Source: a virus (lineage: Duplodnaviria > Caudoviricetes). From it: a stretch of 64,000 bases of DNA. This document shows positions 55,393 to 63,284 of the stretch, piece by piece. The number at the start of each line of letters is the position of its first letter. The first letter of the stretch is position 1. The notes below the pieces were generated by a model, which saw only the letters and a program-made list of their open reading frames with translations, was not told the DNA's origin and made no database searches. The stretch covers positions 10,782 through 74,781 of IMG/VR virus record IMGVR_UViG_3300020577_007690. The stretch is one strand, 5' to 3'. A program made the position numbers and the translations under genes.

Positions 55393-55745
55393 CGCTCTGT
55401 CCAGTGCCCGACCTTGGTTCCGGTCTCGTCGTACTTGATGCCTTGTGCAGCAGGACGAGGCAGCGCCTCCTGCGTGAAGGGTGGACCTGTTAGCCACGAG
55501 CAGTTGATGAAGTTCAGCACCGTATCCATCCGGTTGAGCGGGATCGTGCCCTCACCGGGGACAAAGACGTGAAGAGAGACGTAGCCGCTGTAGGAGAACT
55601 CGAAGCCTGGGGTCAGCGGAGCGGAGTCGCCTTTCTTCCCCCAGCACTCGGTGATGATCGCGGCCAGCTTGCGCGGCGCGTTCGAAGGTCCGGCGATGTA
55701 GAACACCACGTCTCCAAGACGCGGCGTACAGGGAGGTTTTTCCAT
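55389..55745 (-). CDS. Hypothetical protein (SH3-like)
   Basis: PRLGDVVFY...AAIITECW. Confidence 0.6.
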   Translation of the reverse strand: MEKPPCTPRLGDVVFYIAGPSNAPRKLAAIITECWGKKGDSAPLTPGFEFSYSGYVSLHVFVPGEGTIPLNRMDTVLNFINCSWLTGPPFTQEALPRPAAQGIKYDETGTKVGHWTER

Positions 55746-55819
55746 GCCGGTAACGCTACTCGACTCGACGCCGACACCGCAATCCTGAACATCCGGCTGC
55801 CCCGTGATAGACTGTCGTC

Positions 55820-56902
55820 ATGGCGTACAAGCTCACCTCTGGCAGCCTTTCCGAAGGCGCCCTCCAGGCGCACAACAAGAGCCACAGCGACCGCTCACAC
55901 GCTGGGTGCTCCCACTTCGACGGTCCTGACTGGTCGAGCGGGTCGAGCCCCGCAGAACAGACCGTCGACAAGACGCTGGTTGCGAGCGGCGTGACCGCAG
56001 CGCCGACCTACGGCAGCACGACGGGTCTGACGCACGCGCTGCTCGTCTTCGAGGAGGTGCGGCGCATCCACAACCTGGAGCACCGGCTGAACCACAACAG
56101 CGGCGCCGCTGTCGGCACCTACCCCTACGGGGTGTGGGCGCACAAGGCGGCGGAGGCATCTTCGACGGAGATCACGACCGGCTCCTACCCGACGATGCCG
56201 ACCGGGTCCGCCGCCGAGACCGCGCTCTTCTCCGCCATGTACCCGCTGGCGAACGACCTGCTCAACCAGTACGAGCTGGGCCACCGTCGCGACAAGAAGT
56301 ATCTCGACGGGACCACGGTCGACTTCCACACCACCGACGACGTCATCAACTACCTCGGCACGGTGACGCTGCTGACCGGGTCGAACAACAAGAACGACCT
56401 GGCCGAACGCGCCAACCTGCTTCAGCGCGTCATCGTCGCCCACCTTCGCAAGGCGGGTGGCACGCACAGCGCCGCCGACACCGCGCGTGCGGACGTCCTC
56501 GAAGCGATCACCCCAGCGGCGAGCGGGGACGACTGGGACGCCATCAAGCTGGTGCTCGAAGGCTGCCAGGCGGCGCTCGATGGGCACCGAGCCGACGCCG
56601 GCATCCACGCGAACGCCGACACGTTCAACGACGTCACCGCGACGATCACGATGCCGGCGACGCTGATCGGCGCAGGGACGCTCCCACGGGGCATCCTGAC
56701 GCTGTACATGCAGCACCTGACCGCTGTGGACAGCGGCGGCGCCCCCATCCATGCGAACACGCCTGGCGGCGCGGAGCTGCTGACCTACAGCAACCCGACC
56801 ACCATCGCCACGCTCATCGCCGCCGCCGCAGAGCTGTACGTCGCACAGCCTGCGCACCAGCGCTCGGCACCCATCAGCCAGGCTCTGCGCTTCCTCAGCT
56901 AG
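55820..56902 (+). CDS. His-pair repeat protein, probably virion-associated
   Basis: 5-6 repeats of helix-H-x(6-19)-H, several followed by x3-D; strong codon bias; leaderless start. Confidence 0.7.
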   Translation: MAYKLTSGSLSEGALQAHNKSHSDRSHAGCSHFDGPDWSSGSSPAEQTVDKTLVASGVTAAPTYGSTTGLTHALLVFEEVRRIHNLEHRLNHNSGAAVGTYPYGVWAHKAAEASSTEITTGSYPTMPTGSAAETALFSAMYPLANDLLNQYELGHRRDKKYLDGTTVDFHTTDDVINYLGTVTLLTGSNNKNDLAERANLLQRVIVAHLRKAGGTHSAADTARADVLEAITPAASGDDWDAIKLVLEGCQAALDGHRADAGIHANADTFNDVTATITMPATLIGAGTLPRGILTLYMQHLTAVDSGGAPIHANTPGGAELLTYSNPTTIATLIAAAAELYVAQPAHQRSAPISQALRFLS

Positions 56903-57258
56903 GCGACCTTCGCCAGCTTCCTCAGCTTCTCGAAGAGGGCGCGCAGATCGAAGGGCTTCGTCACGAGCCCGTCGGCGCCCGACTCCACCACCGCCGTCTT
57001 CCCTCTCGAATTCGATGCTGCGGTCATCAGCAGCACAGGCAGGCGCTCACAGACGAAGCGCTTGGAGAGCGCGATACCGTCCAGGCCGGGCATGCAGACG
57101 TCCACCAAGCAAACGTCCGGCTTGACAAGATCAGCCACAGTGATAGCCAGCTCACCCGAATCAGCCACCGCCACCTCAAACCCTTCATCCTGCAAGATAT
57201 CAGCGAGCGTTTCTCGAATCCTCCCATCGTCGTCCACCAAAAGAACCATCGTAGCCAT
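56899..57258 (-). CDS. Stand-alone response-regulator receiver domain (CheY-like)
   Basis: LLVDDD, PDVCLVDVCMPGLDG (phospho-Asp), LMTA and KPF all intact. Confidence 0.9.
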   Translation of the reverse strand: MATMVLLVDDDGRIRETLADILQDEGFEVAVADSGELAITVADLVKPDVCLVDVCMPGLDGIALSKRFVCERLPVLLMTAASNSRGKTAVVESGADGLVTKPFDLRALFEKLRKLAKVA

Positions 57259-57264
57259 GCACAG

Positions 57265-57312
57265 AACATGGGCCTTTTGAAATTAAAAGGAAAGTGCGAA
57301 CGTGCGTTCAGT
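57265..57312 (-). promoter_or_regulatory. CTGAAC-box promoter 7 (response regulator, leaderless)
   Basis: Box 57296-57312; TTTCCT-N17-CATGTT-6nt-ATG; 25 nt. Confidence 0.65.
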
Positions 57313-57386
57313 ACAAGGCGATGGCGACGATGGTGAGGCGCTTTGCTACAGCGTGGCGGGAGAGAACTAGAACGGTAGTTCGAAAA

Positions 57387-57707
57387 CTACGAAGACTTCT
57401 TCGACTTCTTGGGCTCGCGGACGGTGACGATGGTTTCGTCCGCCATCACAAGCAAGTCGTCGATGACCGTGAACGCGCTCATCGCTTTGTCCGCCCGGTC
57501 CTTTATCTTCGACACGTCGAGAAGGTAGTTGGCGAGCCCGATGGCCGTTTCGTGCGAGAGATGCACGCACTCCTGACTCGCAGTAACACCCCCATCTGTC
57601 ACCTCGTTGAGCACGTCGACTGCTCGTTTCGTCTCCGCGTCAGGCTTCCACTTGGGCTTCTTCTCTTCCTTGAGGACAGTGATGCCATCGTTCTTCTGCT
57701 TGCTCAT
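57387..57707 (-). CDS. Hypothetical protein
   Basis: ATGA overlap with the Dam gene. Confidence 0.6.
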   Translation of the reverse strand: MSKQKNDGITVLKEEKKPKWKPDAETKRAVDVLNEVTDGGVTASQECVHLSHETAIGLANYLLDVSKIKDRADKAMSAFTVIDDLLVMADETIVTVREPKKSKKSS

Positions 57708-58564
57708 GACCATGCCTTTCCGATGAGGAAGATGAGTTCTTTGCACCCATCTCTGTTGTGACCCTCGCTATTGACGGAGCGTCGCGCGTGGACAGCCTCC
57801 ACACGCCAGGGAATCTTGGTGCCGAGGATCTGATGCGCCAGATCCTCCATGCAGGAGTAGCTGCCGCTGGAGAGCATGACGTTCGCCCCACGCGACGCGG
57901 CGGTGAGGCAGCACTCGATCAGGTGCCGATCCTCCTTCTCGTCCCAGCCCTTGGCGGTGTATTGCGTGTATCCGCCACTGTACGGCGGATCGCAGTACCA
58001 GAACGAGCCCACTCGGCAGAAGTCGACGAACGCAGACACGAAGTCCATGTGATCGATCTTCACGCCGCGCAGCGCCGACGACGCGGCACGTAGGTTGTCG
58101 ATGTCGAAGACGGGCGGAACGACCTCCTTCTTGTTGTTGCGACCGATCGGCGTGTTGAACAGCCCGCCGCGGTTGTAACGCACCACGCCGTTCATGCAGG
58201 CGCGGTTGAGCCAGAGGAAGCGCGCCGCCGCGGTCTTGGTCGGACCAGGTAGCTTGTTGCGCAACTGGTAGTAGTAGGTCTCGAAGCCCTCCTTCTCGGC
58301 GAACTTCATCATCATCGACAGGTCTGCCTGTAGACCGTCAACGTCGTCGCGGACCCGCTTGTACGTGCTCACGATGTCGTTGTTGTAGTCGGAGAGGTAG
58401 ACATCCTTGTCCGCGAGCACGCCCTTCTCCTGAAGCGCGAAGAACAGCGCGCCGCCGCCGAGAAAGACTTCATGATACGAAGTAAAACTCTCCGGGACAT
58501 ATTTCGTCAGCTCCGGCAGGAGCTGTCGCTTGCCGCCGACGATGCGAAGGATGGGCTCAGCCAT
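57704..58564 (-). CDS. dam: Dam-family N6-adenine DNA methyltransferase
   Basis: GGKRQL, YHEVFLGGGALFF, FLWLNRACMNG..RYN..G.FNTPIG and DPPY. Confidence 0.9.
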   Translation of the reverse strand: MAEPILRIVGGKRQLLPELTKYVPESFTSYHEVFLGGGALFFALQEKGVLADKDVYLSDYNNDIVSTYKRVRDDVDGLQADLSMMMKFAEKEGFETYYYQLRNKLPGPTKTAAARFLWLNRACMNGVVRYNRGGLFNTPIGRNNKKEVVPPVFDIDNLRAASSALRGVKIDHMDFVSAFVDFCRVGSFWYCDPPYSGGYTQYTAKGWDEKEDRHLIECCLTAASRGANVMLSSGSYSCMEDLAHQILGTKIPWRVEAVHARRSVNSEGHNRDGCKELIFLIGKAWS

Positions 58565-59042
58565 GTGCGTGTCTCTTTCCGTTCTTTATGCGGTTGATGG
58601 ACGATGGGTGTACGCCGAGATCCTTGGCGATGGCTGTACACGTTTCGGAATTGAGTCTCCGCTTGATGAGCGGCACAAGCGGGGCGAGATCGACGTATCT
58701 CTTGTGCCGTTGATATGTCATGTCTGCGGCGCTACCCCAGAACAGGTTCTCCAGGCGGTTGTCAGCCTGGACACGATTCTTGCGTAGTGCAAAATGCCTC
58801 TTCGGGCGCGGCCCGACAAAAGCGAGCAGCACCAGCTCCCCGACTGTTCTGTGCCCACCGACGGCGCCAAGCGCTGCGTATTGCACGCGACCTTGCATGA
58901 AGAGTCGCATGACGCGCGGCTTGCCCGTGCGCTGGAACGAACGGACGCGGCCGAGGTTCGACACCTGGTAGCGCCGCTCGAAGCCGGGTATCCACCGCCA
59001 CTCTTCAGGCGCTTCTGGCGACATGATCGACCATGTAGCCAC
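58557..59042 (-). CDS. NUMOD4-HNH protein with degenerate active site and C-terminal HTH
   Basis: EEWRWIPGFERRYQVSNLGRVRS; VHRLV replaced by VGELV and HNH His missing. Confidence 0.75.
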   Translation of the reverse strand: MATWSIMSPEAPEEWRWIPGFERRYQVSNLGRVRSFQRTGKPRVMRLFMQGRVQYAALGAVGGHRTVGELVLLAFVGPRPKRHFALRKNRVQADNRLENLFWGSAADMTYQRHKRYVDLAPLVPLIKRRLNSETCTAIAKDLGVHPSSINRIKNGKRHAHG

Positions 59043-59166
59043 GAACGATGCTCATCAACCGCCCGCAGCCGCAACAGTACACCTTGTAGTTCCGCTTGAG
59101 GATGCGGCCGTTTTTCTTGAACAGAGAACCGCTCACCCAACACTGGTTCTTGTAGCGCGTCTTCAT
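59005..59166 (-). CDS. Small Cys-containing protein
   Basis: CCGC; TGATG coupling. Confidence 0.45.
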   Translation of the reverse strand: MKTRYKNQCWVSGSLFKKNGRILKRNYKVYCCGCGRLMSIVRGYMVDHVARSA

Positions 59167-59432
59167 CAGTACGCCTCTCCCGGGTAGCACCACGCCTCGA
59201 CGCAGCGCCACTCTCCTGTGGGTTCCAGCCAGAACGTGGCCTCGAATCGGTCTGGTTTGAGCATGATGCCCTTGAACGATCCGTTCCAGACGTACACTCG
59301 CCTCGTATCGGCCACCATACGCGAGAGCGCGCAGCGCGCCAGATACTCCGCACCCTTCCTCTGAAGGGTGGCGATCTCTTCAGGCGTTGGTGTGTACCGG
59401 ATGCGCTCAGCGATGTTAGGCAGCATCCCCAT
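59166..59432 (-). CDS. Hypothetical protein
   Basis: AGGAG SD. Confidence 0.55.
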   Translation of the reverse strand: MGMLPNIAERIRYTPTPEEIATLQRKGAEYLARCALSRMVADTRRVYVWNGSFKGIMLKPDRFEATFWLEPTGEWRCVEAWCYPGEAY

Positions 59433-59808
59433 CTCCTACCGAAAACTGGCGGTCGCAGCGCGAGCACTGGTACTGAAAGCTCCCCTTGAACGCGATGTCG
59501 CCGTGACAGAACGGGCAGAAGTTGGCGCTCAGAGCCAGGGGCGCCGGGAACTTGTCCGCCAGCTCGAAGCCGCTCGTCATGGTGCCCGCCTTGAGCCACC
59601 CCTTCCTGCGCAGCGCCTTGAGACGGCACCACACAGCGTGCGTGGTGATGCGGAACTCGCCGCACACGTCGCGGATGGTCGCGTGCGGGTTGTCGATGAT
59701 GTAGCGCAACGTCTGCTCCTGCACGACAGAGAGCAGCACGGAGCCGTGTCGGTGCGCTTCGAGATCCTGCGGCGACAGCGGCCCTCGCCTACGTTTTTGA
59801 GCGTCCAT
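59416..59808 (-). CDS. LexA-type winged-helix DNA-binding domain fused to a zinc ribbon; no S24 peptidase domain
   Basis: LSVVQEQTLRYII...TIRDVCGEFRITTHAVWCRLKALRRKGWL matches the LexA N-terminal pattern; C-terminal CPFC...CSRC. Confidence 0.7.
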   Translation of the reverse strand: MDAQKRRRGPLSPQDLEAHRHGSVLLSVVQEQTLRYIIDNPHATIRDVCGEFRITTHAVWCRLKALRRKGWLKAGTMTSGFELADKFPAPLALSANFCPFCHGDIAFKGSFQYQCSRCDRQFSVGDGDAA

Positions 59809-59815
59809 GGAACGG

Positions 59816-59864
59816 AGCATGCGTTAAGTAGACGATTCCTGGCAAGCCCGTACGTCTGTTCAGC
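59816..59864 (-). promoter_or_regulatory. CTGAAC-box promoter 8 (LexA-like gene)
   Basis: Box CCGTACGTCTGTTCAGC, 16/17 to CTRHAMRYBYGTTCAGS; TTGCCA-N18-CATGCT; 26 nt. Confidence 0.7.
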
Positions 59865-59939
59865 GTCGGTGCGGACTCGCACCTATAGGCGGTCGGAGCA
59901 GCTTGATATACTGTGGGGGAGCACACCGACGGAGACTCG

Positions 59940-60422
59940 ATGCGCGTCCAAGCAACCAAGATTCAAGATCTCGCGCGAGGCACGCACTCGCGCATTGCGG
60001 ACTCAACGGCTATGGACCCCGATCGGACTGGTCCGATCGTAGCGAAGGACAGGAAGCAGATCTGGGTAGGAGAGTTGAGGAGGTTCAAGGGGTGGTTCGG
60101 CAAGTGGGCTCTGCACGAGAGCGCCACGTCGCTCGACCATGCGTTCCGGTATCCAGGCTCGCGCCTCATCATCAGGGGTCCGGTGCAGCTCGTCACTGGA
60201 CCCGTCGCAGACTACAAGGTCTTCAGCAACGACGTGGTCGAGGAGCGCACGAAGGAGTACGACGAGCTGTCACAGCGAAGGGAAGTCAAGGCGGTCGTTC
60301 GCACGCTGAACAGCGTGTACGAAGTCCAGGTGCTCCCGAACAAGGAGTACGTGGAGAAGATGCTCGGACCAGAGGCGGTCGCACGCGCCAAGGAGATCGC
60401 CGACAGCGAAGACTCCATCTGA
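59940..60422 (+). CDS. Hypothetical protein, divergent from the LexA-like gene
   Basis: TATACT -10 and GGAG SD upstream. Confidence 0.65.
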   Translation: MRVQATKIQDLARGTHSRIADSTAMDPDRTGPIVAKDRKQIWVGELRRFKGWFGKWALHESATSLDHAFRYPGSRLIIRGPVQLVTGPVADYKVFSNDVVEERTKEYDELSQRREVKAVVRTLNSVYEVQVLPNKEYVEKMLGPEAVARAKEIADSEDSI

Positions 60423-60465
60423 ACGCTCGTTCCCTCTCGACGCTGCCATTCGTGCGGCGTACTCT
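60418..60465 (+). promoter_or_regulatory. CTGAAC-box promoter 9 (leaderless)
   Basis: Box 60418-60434; TCGACG-N17-TACTCT-6nt-ATG 60472; 25 nt. Confidence 0.65.
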
Positions 60466-60471
60466 CCTCTC

Positions 60472-60669
60472 ATGAAAGAGATCAGCGCCAGCACAAAGCG
60501 TAGCCTCGTCGGGCTGCTCCTGTTTCCGCAGCTTCGTCCGCCGGAGACGTACGTGCTCAAGAACGCCGGCTACTGGGACGACAAGAACGAGTGCCTCACA
60601 CCAGCAGGTAGGGAAGTCGCGCTCGTCGTGCTAAAAACGACGATGCGGCTTCATGGGTTGGTCCCATGA
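60472..60669 (+). CDS. Small hypothetical protein
   Basis: Leaderless start; ATGA overlap downstream. Confidence 0.6.
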   Translation: MKEISASTKRSLVGLLLFPQLRPPETYVLKNAGYWDDKNECLTPAGREVALVVLKTTMRLHGLVP

Positions 60670-61460
60670 GTGATCAACTCTCTCCTGGCGATTCGTGCCT
60701 GGTCGATGTCAACCCGAAGAAGGGGTTCGACCGACGTCCTGACTGGCAGCCTGGTGTTGTCAGCGAGGCAGTTGGCAAGGGATACATGGTGGCGCTGGAC
60801 TCCGAACCAGAGAAGCAACAGTGGTATCCAGCGAAGATCGTCAAGCCTGGGCGGAAAGTGACGGCGCTCTCCGACATGACCGCAAAGGAATTCGTCGCAC
60901 GAGCGCAGCAAGACCCGCGTGAGGTTCTACAGGTCACGCCGCGTAATCCATGGGTCGCAAGCAGCGGACGATCTGCGGACGATCCGCAGTGGGAAGAATA
61001 TCAAGCGGTGCTCAAAGCACAGCCAAAGCCGGACAAGCCGGAGAAGAGCCCCGCCTTCCTGGCGTTCTGCCGTCAGCGCGAGTGCCAGAACCCCGGGTGC
61101 GGCACGCCACCACCGAACGAAGCGCACCACCAAGGCACCGGCAGCAATGAACGCGGCGTCGGGCAGAAGGTGCGGGACACGAAGTGTGTGACGCTCTGCA
61201 ACTACTGCCATGCGATCTACACAGGCGGTCCAGGCAGGCCGAGCCTGCAACTCCCTGACCGGCAGGCGACAGCACAGGAGAAGAGCCTGGTGCTCCGCTC
61301 GAAGGAAGAGACTGAGCTGATCCTGCGACGGGCGCAGATGGAGACCATCCGCGAGGCGCTGAACTACCTGCCCATCGAGAAGCGGGTCGAGGTGCTCAGC
61401 AAGGCGCTGGCGCTCATGCCAGAAGAGCTGCTAGAAGAGTACCTACCCAAGTCGTGTTGA
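60666..61460 (+). CDS. DUF968/Ref-like HNH-fold protein with N-terminal Tudor-like domain
   Basis: AFLAFCRQREC..CG...EAHH..G..G.GQKVRD..CVTLCNYCH. Confidence 0.7.
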   Translation: MSDQLSPGDSCLVDVNPKKGFDRRPDWQPGVVSEAVGKGYMVALDSEPEKQQWYPAKIVKPGRKVTALSDMTAKEFVARAQQDPREVLQVTPRNPWVASSGRSADDPQWEEYQAVLKAQPKPDKPEKSPAFLAFCRQRECQNPGCGTPPPNEAHHQGTGSNERGVGQKVRDTKCVTLCNYCHAIYTGGPGRPSLQLPDRQATAQEKSLVLRSKEETELILRRAQMETIREALNYLPIEKRVEVLSKALALMPEELLEEYLPKSC

Positions 61461-61915
61461 CCATACTCTGCCGCTCCTGCCGCACACGCACCACGCTAGC
61501 TCCTGGCGCGACCTACCCGCGCTGCTGCACCAAGCCTGACCTCGTCAACGAGGCTGCTCGCGCTTCCGTGAAGAAGGCGGGCGTGATGAATGGCACCGAG
61601 GCTGCCTACGCGCTCGTATTAGAAGAGCGCAGGCGCCTCGGGCTCATTCGAGAGTGGTCGTACGAGTCCGAGAAGCTGACCATCGCCTACCGCTGCAAGT
61701 ACGTCGTCGATTTCCGTCTCGTGATGCCCGATGGCTCCATCGAGTACCACGAGATCAAGGGCAGCAAGCGCAACGGGCGCTTCTACACGCGGGACAAGGG
61801 GCTGATCAAGATCAAGGTAGCGGCGACCCGATACTCAGATCGCCGCTTCTACATCGTGTGGAAGGTGAAGGGGGAGTGGCGGCAGGAGCTGGTCCCGCCA
61901 GAGGCTAGCGGCTGA
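61454..61915 (+). CDS. DUF1064-like PD-(D/E)XK nuclease
   Basis: MNGTEAAY...YE..KLTIA...YVVDF...HEIKG...KIKVAA. Confidence 0.75.
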   Translation: MLTILCRSCRTRTTLAPGATYPRCCTKPDLVNEAARASVKKAGVMNGTEAAYALVLEERRRLGLIREWSYESEKLTIAYRCKYVVDFRLVMPDGSIEYHEIKGSKRNGRFYTRDKGLIKIKVAATRYSDRRFYIVWKVKGEWRQELVPPEASG

Positions 61916-62234
61916 ACGGCCCGTGCGGTACGACGAATACAGCGAGCACGATCACAGCGCACGACAGAAGCACCAGGCGGACCAGCAGCTCGCCGATGAT
62001 GACGCCGCGCTGGGTGCTCAGACGCGGACCAGAGACCGCGCGACCGCGCGCCAGGAAGCCGTCATGACGCCCGCACAGGTAGGCGAACGCCGCAGCGTAG
62101 GCTGTCGTCATGATGGAGAAGGCGCGGAAGTTGGTCGGGATGCTTGTGGTGCAGATGACCACGCCGACCGCGAGCACGAGGATCGAGAGGAGAAGGACAG
62201 GGATGATCATGTGACCGGACTGAGTGTTTCGCAT
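61905..62234 (-). CDS. Membrane protein (3 TM)
   Basis: Three hydrophobic segments. Confidence 0.6.
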   Translation of the reverse strand: MRNTQSGHMIIPVLLLSILVLAVGVVICTTSIPTNFRAFSIMTTAYAAAFAYLCGRHDGFLARGRAVSGPRLSTQRGVIIGELLVRLVLLSCAVIVLAVFVVPHGPFSR

Positions 62235-62247
62235 GTACGTTCCTTTG

Positions 62248-62688
62248 TCAGTTGACGAGTGTCAAGGCAGGGCGTAGTCGGAGTCGACCGTCGATGGCGT
62301 CCATGGCGTGCTGCGCGAGCTTCTCCGCGACGCGATCACGGATGGTGTTCCAGCGCTTCTTCCCTTGCTCCGCGCGCTCCAAGCCGCAGTGGATGATGCG
62401 CTCCTGTTGCAGCTTGTCGAGCCACTCCGGGAGGCTACGATCGAGGCCGATCATGGCGTTGGTGAAAGACGTAGGCAGGTTGTGCCCCTTCTCCAGCTCC
62501 TCGATGGCGATGTCGATGGTGGGGAGCGCCTCGGTCATGAGCGACATGAGCTGCGCTTCGACCTCGGCCTGATCGGCAGAAGCCAACAGCTCGAACATGC
62601 CCGCCTCGCAGGCGAGCTGCATCCTGGCGATGATGGCGCGCATCGTGGTGCGGAGAGAGCGGAACTTGTCCAGGGTGTCAGTGCTCAT
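62248..62688 (-). CDS. Helical hypothetical protein
   Basis: GAAGG SD before MSTDT; GC3 bias. Confidence 0.6.
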   Translation of the reverse strand: MSTDTLDKFRSLRTTMRAIIARMQLACEAGMFELLASADQAEVEAQLMSLMTEALPTIDIAIEELEKGHNLPTSFTNAMIGLDRSLPEWLDKLQQERIIHCGLERAEQGKKRWNTIRDRVAEKLAQHAMDAIDGRLRLRPALTLVN

Positions 62689-62932
62689 CGACCTTCTTCC
62701 TTGCGGCAGCGCCGCTCCTTGTCCCATTTTATGAAGCACGGGGTGCAGCGGCCAAGCAAGAGAGGCGCCGCGCCACATTCGCATATGTTCTGTACTGCCC
62801 CAAAGCCAGCTAGATAGGTTTGCTCAATACCACGTATCTCGGCAGAGATGATTTGCAAACTTCTCTCTATGGTGAATAGCTCTTTCGGCATCGCTTGGTG
62901 CGATACTCCCCACTTCGGCGGGAAGAATCAAT

Positions 62933-62980
62933 GCTGAACGTGCGTTCTTACTTGTGCTACAGCCCCTACATGAGCAGGAT
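62933..62980 (+). promoter_or_regulatory. CTGAAC-box promoter 10 (leaderless)
   Basis: Box 62933-62949; TTGTGC-N17-CAGGAT-6nt-ATG 62987; 25 nt. Confidence 0.65.
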
Positions 62981-62986
62981 TGAGCC

Positions 62987-63199
62987 ATGAGCGCACACAT
63001 CATCACTCCGAAGCGCCGTATCGAGTTCACCATCCGCGAAGGGGACCGCGTCGCCAAGACCATCGTGCTCGACGCGGATCGAGTCATCATCGCCAAGGAT
63101 CTGGACGGCAAGACCCATGTCGAGCTGATCGGCGATGAGGCGCCTCCGGCTCCGCTGCGCCGGATGCCTGCGCCGCAGTCCGCACGCCTGACGCACTGA
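62987..63199 (+). CDS. Small beta-rich protein
   Basis: Leaderless start; GC3 bias. Confidence 0.6.
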   Translation: MSAHIITPKRRIEFTIREGDRVAKTIVLDADRVIIAKDLDGKTHVELIGDEAPPAPLRRMPAPQSARLTH

Positions 63200-63241
63200 A
63201 CGAACGTCAGGGCTAGATTCCCCTGTAGCCGCTGTTAGAAT
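63195..63241 (+). promoter_or_regulatory. CTGAAC-box promoter 11
   Basis: Box ACTGAACGAACGTCAGG; CTAGAT-N17-TAGAAT with extended TG; 24 nt. Confidence 0.8.
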
Positions 63242-63284
63242 ACGCGGCATCGGCACCTTTGCCGTATCCACACAGGGGAATCCA

